Source: Mycobacterium leprae TN (lineage in GTDB: Bacteria; Actinomycetota; Actinomycetes; Mycobacteriales; Mycobacteriaceae). Taken from it: a DNA stretch of 32,000 bases. The DNA lies in NCBI RefSeq assembly GCF_000195855.1, contig NC_002677.1:360001-392000 (forward strand). Reading direction: 5' to 3'. The notes below the pieces were generated by a model. It saw only the letters and a list, made by a program, of their open reading frames with translations, was not told the DNA's origin and searched no databases. Below are positions 9,830 to 24,440 of the stretch, in pieces. The position numbers and the translations under genes were made by a program. Every line of letters begins with the position of its first letter. Position 1 is the stretch's first letter.

Positions 9830-10980
9830 ACCTGTTCAATCTCGTGTGTGACCCGGCGAACATTGTTGGTGGCGTTTGACTGGGTCACGGGCAACTATGG
9901 GGCGAATACTGCTGGTGTGGACGCCCGGACCGGAGCCCATGTTGAGGAAATCGTCGAGGTAGCGGGTTGTTGGACAATCTGCGGATCGAGTCGTTCAGGC
10001 TGCGTTGAAGCTGGTGTTGGAGCCTGTCGTCGAGGCCGCTTTCGAGCCGATCTCCCCTGGATTCCGCCCCCAAGCGGCGATCTCAGGGACACGATCGCCG
10101 AAATTCACCAATACAGCACTACAAGCTATCGGTGGGTGCTGTATGCAGACATTGAGGTGCGCTGTGACTCTATCTCACATTCTGCTCTGTTGGAGCGGAT
10201 GCTATTGCCAGTCAAGGATAAACGCGTACTTGGTCCTGGTGAAGGCGTTTTCTAAGGCCGGTGTGCTCACCGAGTCTGGTGAGCACCAGAACACTCACAC
10301 CGGAACGTCTCAGGGCAATATCTTGTCGCCGGTGCTGACCAACATCGCCTTGCCTGGGCTCGATGAGTATCGGATGCAGCCATGGAAACCGTGCGGCTCG
10401 ATGTCCACTGCTTACCTGCCTAGTCGGCGCCGCGTCACAGGCCTGCTGAGTACAACGCAGTCGTCCCGCGTAGCGGACGACTGCGTTGTACTCAGCACAT
10501 GGCGACCAGACACGCCAGAGGCCTGCAAAACGAAATAAACTCGATGCTTACGCCTCTAGGTCTGCAGCTGTCGACTGCAAAGACAAAGACCGCGCACTTC
10601 GGTAACTGGTATGGACTTTCGCGGCTTCCACACCGGGTGGACACCCAAGAAGGCAACGACCACGTGGGCATGTCTAGGACTTGTATCGCCGACCGGGCAC
10701 GACGGTCGGTCAAAGCCAAGATCCGTGCCCTGGCAAACAGGAAATCACAGCGCAATCCGGGGGCCGTGCTGGCACAGATCAACCATCGGTGGTTTCGAGC
10801 ACTGTATCGCCGGAGATGGAAAGACATTCGCCGGCAGTTCACCACCTCCGAAAAACGGTGAAAACCGATTGACGCAGAAGAGACCACCCTATTGAACCCG
10901 ACCTCGATACCGGTCACCCGGTACCGCTACCAAATCACCACAATACCCAACCCTTGGACCAGTATTCCCACCGCCTAACG
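9830..10980 (+). pseudogene. Group II intron reverse transcriptase/maturase (LtrA-like), multiply frameshifted and internally deleted
   Basis: Collinear fragments: NYGANTAGVDARTGAHVEEIVEVAG; AALKLVLEPVVEAAFEPISPGFRP; DTIAEIHQYSTTSYRWVLYADIEVRCDSISHSALLERM; KAFSKAGVLTESGEHQNTHTGTSQGNILSPVLTNIALPGLDEY; LQNEINSMLTPLGLQLSTAKTKTAHFG; DRARRSVKAKIRALANRKSQ; TTLLNPTSIPVTRYRYQITTIPNPW. Confidence 0.88.
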
Positions 10981-10993
10981 GTAGTGACCATGA

Positions 10994-11029
10994 AAAGCCC
11001 GGTGCGCAAAGACGCGCACACCAGGATCG
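10994..11029 (+). ncRNA. Candidate group II intron domain V (mutated)
   Basis: aagcccggtgcgcaaagacgcgcacaccaggatcg downstream of the maturase remnant. GGTG-CGC can pair with GCG-(CA bulge)-CACC around an A-rich loop, which resembles a D5 hairpin with its asymmetric 2-nt bulge. Confidence 0.55.
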
Positions 11030-11075
11030 GCGACCAGTCTGGGAAACGGACCGAAAGTAATACACCCACACCGCG

Positions 11076-11490
11076 CCCCAGGCCTACTCAACCCGCGGCC
11101 GCGATTATGCTCTAGCGTCGACAATGAAGCCCCAGACCCAAGCAGCTGGATCACACCCAAACCGATTCTGCCACTACCTTCAAACTCGCCACCAAAACAC
11201 ACCCACACATACAGGCATGCCCCAATCTGCGACAACTACGCCAACCCACAAACCCCCAGCAGCCGATCCTGGCTACAGGATAACCAGCAAGCCACACTGC
11301 ACTTCACACCGACAAGCTGCTCATAGCTGACACATAACCAAAATCTTCTTCACCACCATCACCCGCCACAACACGTTCACCGATATCAACAACCTCGAAA
11401 CCGCGATCCCCACCTACAACGAACACACCACACCGTTCACCTGAACCCAGACCGCAGACACCCCCTCAACAAAATCAAACGTTAAAACAA
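11076..11490 (+). pseudogene. IS630-family transposase, 3' part (degraded)
   Basis: FCHYLQTRHQNTPTH; CDNYANPQTPSSRSWLQDNQQATLHFTPTSCS; NIFTDINNLETAIPTYNEHTTPFT*TQTAD. These resemble the IS630 C-terminal pattern DNYATHK...WL..P..HFTPTSSSWLN...RGVFTSVxDLExAIxTYxxxxNxxPxPFxWTKTAD. Confidence 0.72.
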
Positions 11491-11510
11491 TCACCAACAC
11501 ACAACACTAG
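11491..11510 (-). repeat. Right terminal inverted repeat of the 2383-bp element
   Basis: Reverse complement reads ctagtgttgtgtgttggtga, 15/20 identical to 9128-9147. Confidence 0.7.
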
Positions 11511-14205
11511 CGAACACATCAGACCTGACTTAACTCATGTTTGGCGACATTGACTAGCTGCAACGGTTTGACCTGATGGTTTGTGGTTGGGATCGGTTGC
11601 AAGAAAGCACCCCGTGTCACCATCGTTGAAACTGCTATGGGATGAAATGAATTCGGAGTGAACCAAATCGGGACCGCATTAACACGAAGATAACATCGCC
11701 ACCACGTGCCTTATCTAATCACACAGAACGTGGCTGTTCTCAACTTTTATCATCAGTATCTGTAATTATTTTACGCATCACTGGCGTCCACATAACACTG
11801 GGCTGAGAAAATGTTAATAAAGGCTTCTCTTGGGTAGTAGGGATACTAAATAATATCGTTAATTTGGTGTAGAGATAAGCAATCTAAATATATTTTAGAT
11901 AATGCTATTTGATTGTTTATGGATTTCGTACCGGGCTTCGATAATTTCTGCTAGATTATTCTAGGATGTTATCGACGGTGATCGTTAAGCGGATTGATTG
12001 GACTCGATCGATTAGGTAGTGTTGCTTGGGTGGCTAAGCTACGTCTGGTGTATCTACCCCCGAATCCAGCATCACGTACGTTGTATTTGACCGGGGAGAT
12101 CGCTTAGTGCGATCTGTGGTTTTCGTCGGTTGAAATGTCGGTGTTGCCCGGGCAAAAACCAAGCCGATGCGGTTACGGATTTTATCTGCATGCGAGAGGT
12201 TTTTGGTCTCCGTTGTCCGATGTGCCGGAAGTGACCTCATCATCGAGTTTGTCGAGAAGGGCAGGAACGAACGGAGAGGGTTGGTACGTATGGCAACCTC
12301 AGCAAGCCAGCGAACCTCGCCAACGAACGAGAGCTGGTCAGGTTGGTGAAAAACCTCATTAGGGTCGGTGGCCACCGAGCTACTGCTATGAGCGTTCACT
12401 GGGGAGACGATTCGTGCCACTTCCACCGACCCAGCTGTGGGACGCTTGCTAATTTATGATGTGCCGTGTGACGGCGAGTTGTTCGGCTCGTGTGGTTGTT
12501 TCCGGACGCAAGTGTGGTTGAAGAATCAAACAAGGCGTCACAATTTTCTATAACGCTACGGTACAGACAAGTCCGAATAGATTGCTGCATCGTTGTAGTT
12601 ATTCATATCGTGTAGGTGAGCGTGTTGCCCAAATCTGACCACAAAGGACGCCGTCGGTAGAGTGTCCACATTAGCTGCACTGCTCCGTTAGTTCGCAGGG
12701 TCCTTGAAAGGCACAGTAAGCCGATCAGCATTTCGCCGCATCGAGGCTAACGGAAGTTGGGGCGACCGCGATGTTCAACGATTACATGGAGATTCCCGCA
12801 TAGGTGGCGGTGATGGCCATTGCCTTGCCGATGCTGTATACGATCGTAACTCTAGACCCTAGAACCGGCAGGAACAGGACGCTGCGCAATTAGATTTGGG
12901 CGTGCACAAGCACTTATCTAGTGGGTGCACAGCACAATCAAGCATAGAAGCCTGAAGATATACGTGCAGAGATCAATCTTCCAAGAAGATGTCAGAGGTA
13001 CCACTCATCGCATAGTGCTATAGTGGTATTTTAAATAGATTGGGTCACTTTGGTCATGCACTGGTGATGCGAAAAAAGAAGGATTGCTATGGCAGTGACT
13101 ACAATGAGGCTCACCGCCATCGTCCGGCGAAGGCGAGAGACCGAAGTTTCCGGTGCAGCGTGACATGCGGTTTGTGCTGTAGGCGGTACACACGATGTCG
13201 ACCAGTGCGGCGGTGAGGATGGCCGAGTCTATCAGGCTAGCGAGACTGGGGATACTGCTCACGCGCCCCGATCCACTGGTAGAATATGGAGCACTGCACC
13301 TTCGAAGCCTATTGCTGAACAAACTATGGCTACTGTAACCGCCCACCGTTCCGAACTGTGAGGGTTTCTGATTGCTAGATTCAGTCGCCAGATCAACGTC
13401 ACGCTAGCGAGTGCACCAGCACTGCTGTGTACGTTATCGCGAACTGCACCTCGGGTCAGGCCCCGGTGACTAGAGTCGCAAAAAGAATTCTGATTTCAGT
13501 CTCGATTGTCGTCATCCATTCCTGATGATGACCGTATGTAGCGTGTTGAAAATAAGCATTTTACTATGCGATCGGCTTAGTGTTCTTCGTCGCTTTATGA
13601 TCAGCTACGGTCCAGGATACTTCGCACGAGGGATGGGATCGATACTCGACGCGAGCAGATGTAGTGCATAATTTTCGGATACGACCTGGTGGTTGCCAGC
13701 AAGCACATTGCCAAATTCGTGGTAGGCAATGTGGTACTGATGCACCTTGCTAGTCAGGAGGTGGTAAACTATGATATCGATATCGGAAGCAATTAGTATG
13801 GCCTCGAGAATTCTTCTACCGGAAGCTGTTCCGTACGCAGGCACATCGGCCTACTCCACTGCTGTGTCAACGTCTTGGCTAGCTGAGTCACTGTGAACCT
13901 ATTCGCCAAGTTAGCTCGGTTAGTTTGTCAGTTGCGCAGCTTTTCACAGACGGTTAGTCAACAAAAGTATAACCGTAGTCTTGGCGACGTCTTCGGCTAA
14001 GCCTCGGTACGTAACCTCGACTGTTTGACCGTCGCGTACCATCGGCGTGTGCATCGAGTTGATTGAGTCTAGTTGAGTACCAACGTAACCGAATGCTGTT
14101 ACTTTCTCTGTATTTCGGATTCACGTCTCCCAAGTTACATTCGAGATTGGTTTTTACTAAATTGCAGTTCGCTGAGTCTGCGCTTTTCAAATACCGGCGA
14201 TGATG

Positions 14206-15140
14206 TTAAGCTCGGTTCCCTGGTAGGGTAAGCGTCCTGCGGTAGTGAAATCCGTAACACCAGATAATTGTATCCCCGCGGTCGATTACGCAAATACCCG
14301 GCCAGCGCATATAGAGCTGGTTGAGCACGGCCGCCGCTGCGGTATGGGGTGCGGGTCGGGTTGGTTCGAGCTCGTCGGTACAGTTAAATCTTTGTGGATC
14401 ATGGTTAGCCGATGCAAGATATAACCGTACCGTCTGTCCAGCGACGACTGTATGCTGACCGATCTCAACATCGGTGACTGCGAAGCGCGGTCCAGCCAAC
14501 CCTGGTGGTGAGAGAAAGCACAATAGTGCGTCGACCGCTGAGGTCTGGTCGGAGCCGAAGTAAAGAGTTTTAGAGTTGCTCATGCCTACTCGACAACGTC
14601 AGCACCGACCCAGTCAGCAAGTCTATGAGCACTTTAAGTACCAAACAAAGAGCAGTTAGAACAGCAGCCTGGCCAGTTCGTTGGCTTTAACACTACTGGC
14701 TGCGATCAACCGGGTGAGCAGAGTCTGGGTCGCTACCCCTAGTGGCTGTCAAGTCCAATAATTTACTGCATGCTAGCTAACGTGTCTCATGCTCGCGGCA
14801 GCCCTGGCCGGGTGCATCGTTGAATTCGCCCGTGCTAGTGATCGATCGCGAGCGTCATCAGGCAGTCCAAGCAGCTCGCCGAGTATGACAGCCAGTAGCA
14901 GAATAGCGATGCGGTCAACGAAGTAGAACTCGCAGACCTCCTGGAGTTGACACATTATTAAGATCAATCAACTGCGAAGCCTGAGCAGTCGATTCGTCCC
15001 GTCGTCGCAGAGCCAGCTTGGCTACCAGCCGTCGCCGCAGACATACGATATCATCGGCATCACTAGTTGGAAAAATATCCAGCGGGGTTGGCATGGCTAA
15101 ACTCCGATAATCGAACCGGTCTGTGAACCGCATCCCGGTG
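14206..15140 (-). pseudogene. Cytochrome P450 remnant
   Basis: PRFAVTDVEIGQHTVVAGQTVRLYLASANHDPQRFNCTDELEPTRPAPHTA matches the conserved P450 region before the heme loop. An upstream fragment RIAILLLAVILGELLGLPDDARDRSLARAN matches the ELLGxPxxDR region. No intact FGxGxHxCxG heme loop is visible. Confidence 0.75.
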
Positions 15141-17389
15141 TCAGCGGTTAGGTTTCCGACAACGGCGACGAAAGCTTCCGTGCGAACTCCTGGTCAAAGA
15201 TGTCGAGTGCGCTACTAGCGCACACACATCACATGTACAGCCTATACCGTCCTTGCAGCAACGTGGAAACCTGGCTAGCGTAACATGAGGTACCGGCTGG
15301 AATCCATTGCGACTGTCAAGGGACTTGAACTTAACTGGATCCTATGCTAAATAAGCATGTTGCCGAAATTGAAGTGCTGGGCATCAGTTGGCGTTCATGA
15401 GTAGCTACTGCCATAGTGATTATGACTTGAAATCGTTTGCGCTCAAGTTGTTCTAGCCGTGTCTGCCATCAGTTCGTTCGAGAGCTTCACGCTTGACGAG
15501 CTTGTCGATAATGTCGCTGACGGTTCCTGAACTCGTCTGGCGATGGTTCGCCGCATACAAAGCGATATTGCTAACCCCCATATTGCACACTGCTCCAAGC
15601 AGTTCCAGTTCTGTTTGGATCTGCTTACTCGGGTCGTCATCAAAGAAGTAGGCAACCGGCACATCGAAAAATCAGCCAATGTCTGCAATGACGCTTCATC
15701 GGATTGTCTTCGCCTGGTCGTACACAACCTGCCATAGGTTATGTAGGCGAGAAGCTGTCTCCCGCAACCTCCTAGCACACCGCCGAAACCTCATTTATTA
15801 GTATGCTATTCCTCATTCGGTGCACGGACGATTTGGAAAAACTTATCGATCTTGTGGGCAAGCGTCACGGGAGGCTTCGAGCCGCCGGCAGTCATGGGGC
15901 ACCTAAACTTCCCAATCGATGGATAAGATCGACGGGCTGGGTTTCCACCGCACAAAATCCACATGGCAATCTCCTCCTGAGCCTGATGGGCAGCTGGTAG
16001 CTCATGAAATCGTCACGTCATAACCTTTAGCTCTTCCGAGATCCCTGCCTTTACTGGCAACAATCTCTCCTACACGAGACCTGCCGAGCGCATACCCTTC
16101 TGCACGCCGGTAGCAACTCATGTTAAAGCGACAGCAGTCAATCCATGCTAGTTGGCAAAGCGGGCGATGCAGGCCGTATTAGGTAATGCCGTTGGTGTGG
16201 TGAACAACGGTGACAACATCGACCGGCCTGAATAAAAGCTTAGACACGACTTTTCAGATTGGAGTCGACAATACTCGACAACACCATAACGCGCCACGTC
16301 ACAGAAGATGTATCGGGCTTCGCGGCTATCGCGGAGGGCATCGTACACACCGTTTAGCATGAATTACGACACATTTGACCGCTGGGTAGACATCGAAGGT
16401 AATGAGTTGGGGTGCAAACTTCACGATCTTAGTGACGACTGTGCTGGATCGGTCTTGTCGCACTTAGTTTCATAGGGCGCTCAGTGCTGTTGTGCTCGTC
16501 GGCTATCTTGACATCGAACTCAACGTCCACGCAGGAGGCACTGGATATCTTGTGCGGCTCAAGCAATGCCGCTGGCTGCTAGCAGTTGGTGTTAATCCTC
16601 AACGGAAGACACGCATTGTGCTTGCCAGCATATTGTCTTATCTTTCAGCGAAGAGAAAATACTTAATTCCTTAATTTTTGCAAAAATTATGCGATGTTCG
16701 TCAATTTGCTATTAAACGACCTAGCTGATAGCCCGCTATGTAAAGCGGGTAGCTTTCATGTATAGACTTGGGCCAGTGTTGCTATGTGCTAATTGGTGAC
16801 CAATTGTACGGTTCTGTGATGTCAGTCCAGAGCCGTGCCTCTTAACGAAGAAGGCTCACAACAAGATACGATCGTGGCCGGATGTATAAAACGATATCAC
16901 ACTACGTAGGTTAAAGTACTGAACCTAGCTTCGATATAGTCATTCGAACGCGATCTATGTGGGGAGTGATGGCGCTCAATCAACGTAGTGAGGGAGCGTC
17001 ACGTCAAGGGTCTCGTGCCGCGTCTCTAGCCGGGTGTCGTCAATCGTGTAAGTGAGGTCGATTAGTAGTTCGCGGTGCCCAATACCGTGCTAGATTCAAT
17101 CCAATGTTTGGTCGGCCACTACGATCGTGTTGTGCACACCGCTCGAAGTGTCTACGAAACTGTGACGACTCGAAAACAACTCCTCAGAGTGCAATGCATG
17201 ATCGAGCAAATCCTCGATGTGTACACGATCGGCCGAATACTTTTGCTTGCTAGACCAACAGTTTTGTTGTAGACAACACCGCTCAATCGACAGCTGCCAT
17301 AGCGATGGCTAATCCTGGTCTGTACCTGCCGCGCATACTAACCACTGGAACACTGCGCTAGAATTTCGAATGGAGGGGAACAACAAAAA

Positions 17390-17482
17390 ACCACGCGGGA
17401 GCACACACCAAGTGCGCTGAGAGGACGGATCGGGGCCGTCGACCGTATGAACCTGACCGGGTAATGCCGGCGTAGGGAGATG
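17390..17482 (+). promoter_or_regulatory. TPP (thi-box) riboswitch upstream of thiC
   Basis: CGCGGGAGC...GCGCTGAGAGGACGGA...GACCGTATGAACCTGACCGGGTAATGCCGGCGTAGGGAG, the consensus TPP aptamer. It ends a few nt before the ATG at 17487. Confidence 0.97.
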
Positions 17483-17483
17483 A

Positions 17484-19966
<2,483 letters not shown>

Positions 19967-20644
19967 TAACTCGAGCAAATCACCGACAGCAGGAAGAAGG
20001 AACCGCCGCCCCTGATAGCATTGTGGTCCTCACCCACGCCGCCGGAGAAATAGGGAATCATCACTGCTGCAACAAGTCTGCGACAAATGGGGGCGGGGCG
20101 GTTGGCTATATAACCTGGCAGAGCCAGCACACCCGCAGGGTGGCACTAGTGTCAAGTAGTCGACGAAGAAAGCCAGGGTGCGTGGGGCGTGTTGGCACAC
20201 TACCCGACGGGCCCTGTACCACGAATCGAACACCCCGTTAAGCGCTCGATCGCGTGCATCGCGGTCCAGCAGTTAACGGGATAAGGCCACCGATTACCGG
20301 GAGATGGCACGCTACCCGAGGCAGCACAGCAGTCATCAGAAACGGGGCGTATCCAAGTCTTTGCTTCCCAAGAGTGATCGTGACCAAAGGCTCCGAACTG
20401 TCCAACGCAGCAATTTAAAGCGGAGCACTGTGCTAGTGGCTCGGCCAATAGGTAGGCAGTGCCGGTGCCAGAAAAAGGTGACGTCGACAAGCTGCAGGTT
20501 GAGTCGTTCGGCTACCAAATGCGTTTAGTGCCGCGCTGATCAACCTAATCTACATGGCACGCCAGCAGCACGGGAAACGAATATTGGTACCATCCACCAT
20601 CGAACTACCCAGTGCAATATACCGGCTCACCTCCGGGAGGAAGT

Positions 20645-21647
<1,003 letters not shown>

Positions 21648-21654
21648 AAGACGA

Positions 21655-22677
21655 TCACGCTTGGGCTCCGACCGCGGCAAGTTCGAACATGATCTGCTCA
21701 GCTGTCCATGGTGCCAACAGAAATCCCGATCTGCCATGGCCGGCAGCTACCAGCGTACGGTTATCTAGGCGGTGCACAAGTGGCAGGTTATTCGGTGTCG
21801 TTGGGCGCAGTCCAGCCGCGCACTCAGCCAGCTCGTACTCGCCCAACGTTGGCAGCACGGCACACGCATCGTCAAGCAGATCACGCACGCCCGACACGAC
21901 CGGGGCGGTATCGTAACCGTGTTCGTACTGGGTGGCACCGACGACTACTCCGTCCGCACGCGGAACCAGGTACACCTGCCTGCCGTGCACATGGGCTCGA
22001 ATTAACCTCTTTAGCAATGACATACAACCATTTCGCCAGCGCAAACGCAGCACTTCCCCCTTGACCGGACGGACCGGCAGGCCGGGCCACAGCGCAGGAG
22101 CGCCAATGCCATTGGCAATCACTACCGCGTCTGCGTTGACACAGGACAGATCGTTGACCGGCGAGGCCCATCGCACCCCTAGACGCTCACAGTCCAAGCA
22201 CAGCCCGGCGAGCAAGGCCCGGTTGTCCACTGCTAGTTCGTTAGGCGCCCAGAAACCATGTCGGATGCCTTGTGCCAGTAGGGGTTCTATGTCGCGGGCA
22301 GCAGATTCCCAGATCACCGGGTGGCCTTGCGTGGACAACCAGTCCGCAACCGTGCGTAGGTCAGCGACATCAGCCTGGTCGACGGCCACCACCAGCGACT
22401 CACGCGCGGTAATAACCTCCGGAGCCAGCCTGTCGGTAAATCCACCTTCGTGCCACAGCCGTAGCGACCTCAGGCCCAGCTGCAACAACTGTTCCTCACC
22501 GGGCCGGCCTTCGCTGTGCGGGGCCAGCATGCCCCCGGCAACCCAGGACGCACCTTGCTCGTGGGTCCGGTGTACACGCACGGACCACCCGGCCTGCACT
22601 GCGCGGCGTGCCACCGATAGCCCGATGACGCCGCCGCCGATAACGGCCAGCGACCCCGCGGGTGGGCCTGACGGCAT
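21655..22677 (-). CDS. thiO: Glycine oxidase
   Basis: SLAVIGGGVIGLSVARRAVQAGWSVRV (FAD dinucleotide-binding motif) ... GASWVAGGMLAP ... VKGEVLRLR ... AAGHGRSGFLLAPWTA. First gene of the thiO-thiS-thiG run. Confidence 0.93.
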   Translation of the reverse strand: MPSGPPAGSLAVIGGGVIGLSVARRAVQAGWSVRVHRTHEQGASWVAGGMLAPHSEGRPGEEQLLQLGLRSLRLWHEGGFTDRLAPEVITARESLVVAVDQADVADLRTVADWLSTQGHPVIWESAARDIEPLLAQGIRHGFWAPNELAVDNRALLAGLCLDCERLGVRWASPVNDLSCVNADAVVIANGIGAPALWPGLPVRPVKGEVLRLRWRNGCMSLLKRLIRAHVHGRQVYLVPRADGVVVGATQYEHGYDTAPVVSGVRDLLDDACAVLPTLGEYELAECAAGLRPTTPNNLPLVHRLDNRTLVAAGHGRSGFLLAPWTAEQIMFELAAVGAQA

Positions 22678-22685
22678 CTTGAACC

Positions 22686-22797
22686 TCCCTTCGCCGGCAT
22701 GACCCGGATCAGGTGTGGGAGGGTAAGGGTAGGTTCAGTCACTCTGGCTGTGCCCACTCTCAGCCCCGCAGATTCGGACTGCCTGGGGACTCCCGTG
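22686..22797 (-). promoter_or_regulatory. TPP (thi-box) riboswitch upstream of thiO-thiS-thiG
   Basis: Reverse complement reads ACACGGGAGTCCCC...GGGGCTGAGAGTGGG...CTGAACC...CACCTGATCCGGGTCATGCCGGCGAAGGGAGG, the TPP aptamer core, ending just before the thiO start at 22677. Confidence 0.96.
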
Positions 22798-22834
22798 TAC
22801 TGAAGTTCTTCGAATCTTACGCTAGCGTCGCAGT

Positions 22835-23542
22835 GTGCAGGAGCCTCATAGGCAGCCCGCGATCTGTCTGTCCACCCGTCTCGCCAAGGCGCGGCTTTAT
22901 CTATGCACCGACGCGCGGCGTGAACGCGGCGACTTAGCCCAATTTGTCAACGCCGCCCTGGCCGGCGGGGTGGACATCGTCCAACTGCGAGACAAGGGTT
23001 CGGTCGGTGAACAGCAGTTTGGCCCACTGGAGGCGCGCGATGCGTTGGCCGCGTGCGAGATCTTCACCGACGCGACGGGAAGACACGACGCCTTGTTCGC
23101 GGTCAACGACCGCGCCGATATTGCCCGCGCGGCGGGCGCCGACGTGCTGCATTTGGGACAGGGCGATCTGCCGCCTGGTGTGGCGAGGCAGATCGTATGC
23201 CGCCAGATGCTGATCGGCCTGTCTACCCATGATCGGCACCAGGTTGCCGCGGCTGTGGCCGCCTTAGACGCTGGCCTGGTCGACTATTTCTGTGTTGGGC
23301 CCTGTTGGCCTACCCCTACCAAACCGGACCGCCCGGCTCCTGGTCTTGAGCTGGTGCGGGCTGCCGCTGAACTCGCTGGAGACAAACCGTGGTTCGCTAT
23401 CGGCGGTATCGACGCGCAGCGGCTGCCCGACGTGCTCCATGCCGGTGCCCGCCGGATTGTAGTGGTGCGGGCAATTACCGCGGCCGCCGACCCCCGCGCC
23501 GCAGCCGAACAACTCATTTCGACGCTGACAGCAACTAGCTGA
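22835..23542 (+). CDS. thiE: Thiamine-phosphate synthase
   Basis: [38 protein letters not shown]...[27 protein letters not shown]...[21 protein letters not shown]...FAIGGID. The start codon is uncertain (GTG at 22835 or a downstream site). Confidence 0.94.
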
Positions 23543-23569
23543 TACGCTGACTCAGCTGCAGCGCTGCCA

Positions 23570-24150
23570 GAGCCGTATCACTTGGCATACACCACCCCCA
23601 AACTCCCATCTCGCATCTCGATCTCCATGATGCGAGGCAGACTCTGCCGGCGGTGGTCGTCGTGATCTAGCGGGGTGATGTGCAACTGTTGCCGGTTGGC
23701 GGCCAAACTAGTACAATCCGTTCGGGCTTGCCCACCTCGAACTCGGCGACATGGCGTAATTTGGCACTTTTCCGGTTGCGCACAGTGTGCAGCAATTCGC
23801 GGGCATCAGCAACAACCGTGATATGGGTCCAGGTAGTAGTTCGGAGCGCGGAGACTTTGGCCGTCACCAATATCAACTGTACCTCGAGTCGCTCCGCAAT
23901 GAGGTCGGGCTTCTTCGCGTACCGCGGTCTCACTGGGGGTCTCGTGGTTATCCCGAGTAACCCCAAACAAACCCCAAGTACCGCCTTGGACTCCAAGACA
24001 CCCTATGCTGCAGTAACAACGCGGGGTGGTTTCGTCGGGCCGCGGTGCTCGGAGCAACAAACCAGGTGTGTCATACCGACCCCAGTAGTGGACGTTGCGG
24101 GTCGGATAGCACCCATCCGTAATGGTTTCGGCATGCATTCTAGGAATATT
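23570..24150 (-). pseudogene. mutT3: MutT/Nudix hydrolase remnant (mutT3-like)
   Basis: Collinear minus-strand fragments in several frames: VHYWGRYDTPGLLLRAPRPDETTP; QGGTWGLFGVTRDNHETPSETAVREEA (decayed Nudix box); LIAERLEVQLILVTAKVSALRTTTWTHITVVADARELLHTVRNRKSAKLRHVAE. Synteny is next to thiE. Confidence 0.85.
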
Positions 24151-24440
24151 CAGGCACTACTTGTTCGGTGACGGATGCGTGCCTGCGAACCGGCAGAACG
24201 ACCACAGAGCTATACTGAATTAAACTAACTGGGTCCGCTTTCATCCAATCCGCGCAGCATCCTCTTAGAATTTGCTTCATAGATGTTCTAGACGACCAAC
24301 AAAAATGTCGAAAGATATGGGGTCGGAGCAGAGGTGACGGTTGAGCTGGCGCACCCGTCGACCGAGCCGTTGGGGTCTCGGTCGACGGGTGCGCAGTCCA
24401 TCCACGCTGGTGGTTCGTCTCGACCACACCGGGCCGCATC

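Larger units (their letters stand above)
9614..11075 (+). mobile_element. Degraded group II intron (3' boundary approximate)
   Basis: 5' GTGCG at 9614-9618 immediately follows the interrupted transposase VVGLDLDP codons. An RT/maturase remnant lies inside. A domain V-like hairpin sits at about 10994-11029. Transposase-like sequence resumes downstream. Confidence 0.68.
9128..11510 (+). mobile_element. 2383-bp composite element: degraded IS630-family transposase interrupted by a degraded group II intron. Probable LEPREP copy.
   Basis: Left end CTAGTGGTGGGTGGTTTTGA and reverse complement of right end CTAGTGTTGTGTGTTGGTGA match at 15 of the first 20 positions. Transposase fragments flank an RT/maturase remnant in the same orientation. 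Length equals the LEPREP length recalled from the literature (unverified). Confidence 0.8.

Noticed and set aside
9366-10255. 255-aa plus ORF 9488-10255 as a real protein
   Set aside because: It chains pieces of a transposase remnant and a maturase remnant across frames, so it is best explained as a chance ORF through pseudogene sequence.
9830-10980. Retron or DGR-type reverse transcriptase (possible defence RT)
   Set aside because: The motif order (QGNILSPVLTNIALPGLDEY, RSVKAKIRAL, C-terminal TRYRYQITTIPNPW) matches group II intron maturases. No msr/msd or template/variable repeat structure was seen.
19967-20644. Small ORFs between thiD and thiG, and possible tRNA-like folds
   Set aside because: I could not recognise a product, and no complete cloverleaf with a T-loop GTTCRANNC was convincing by eye.
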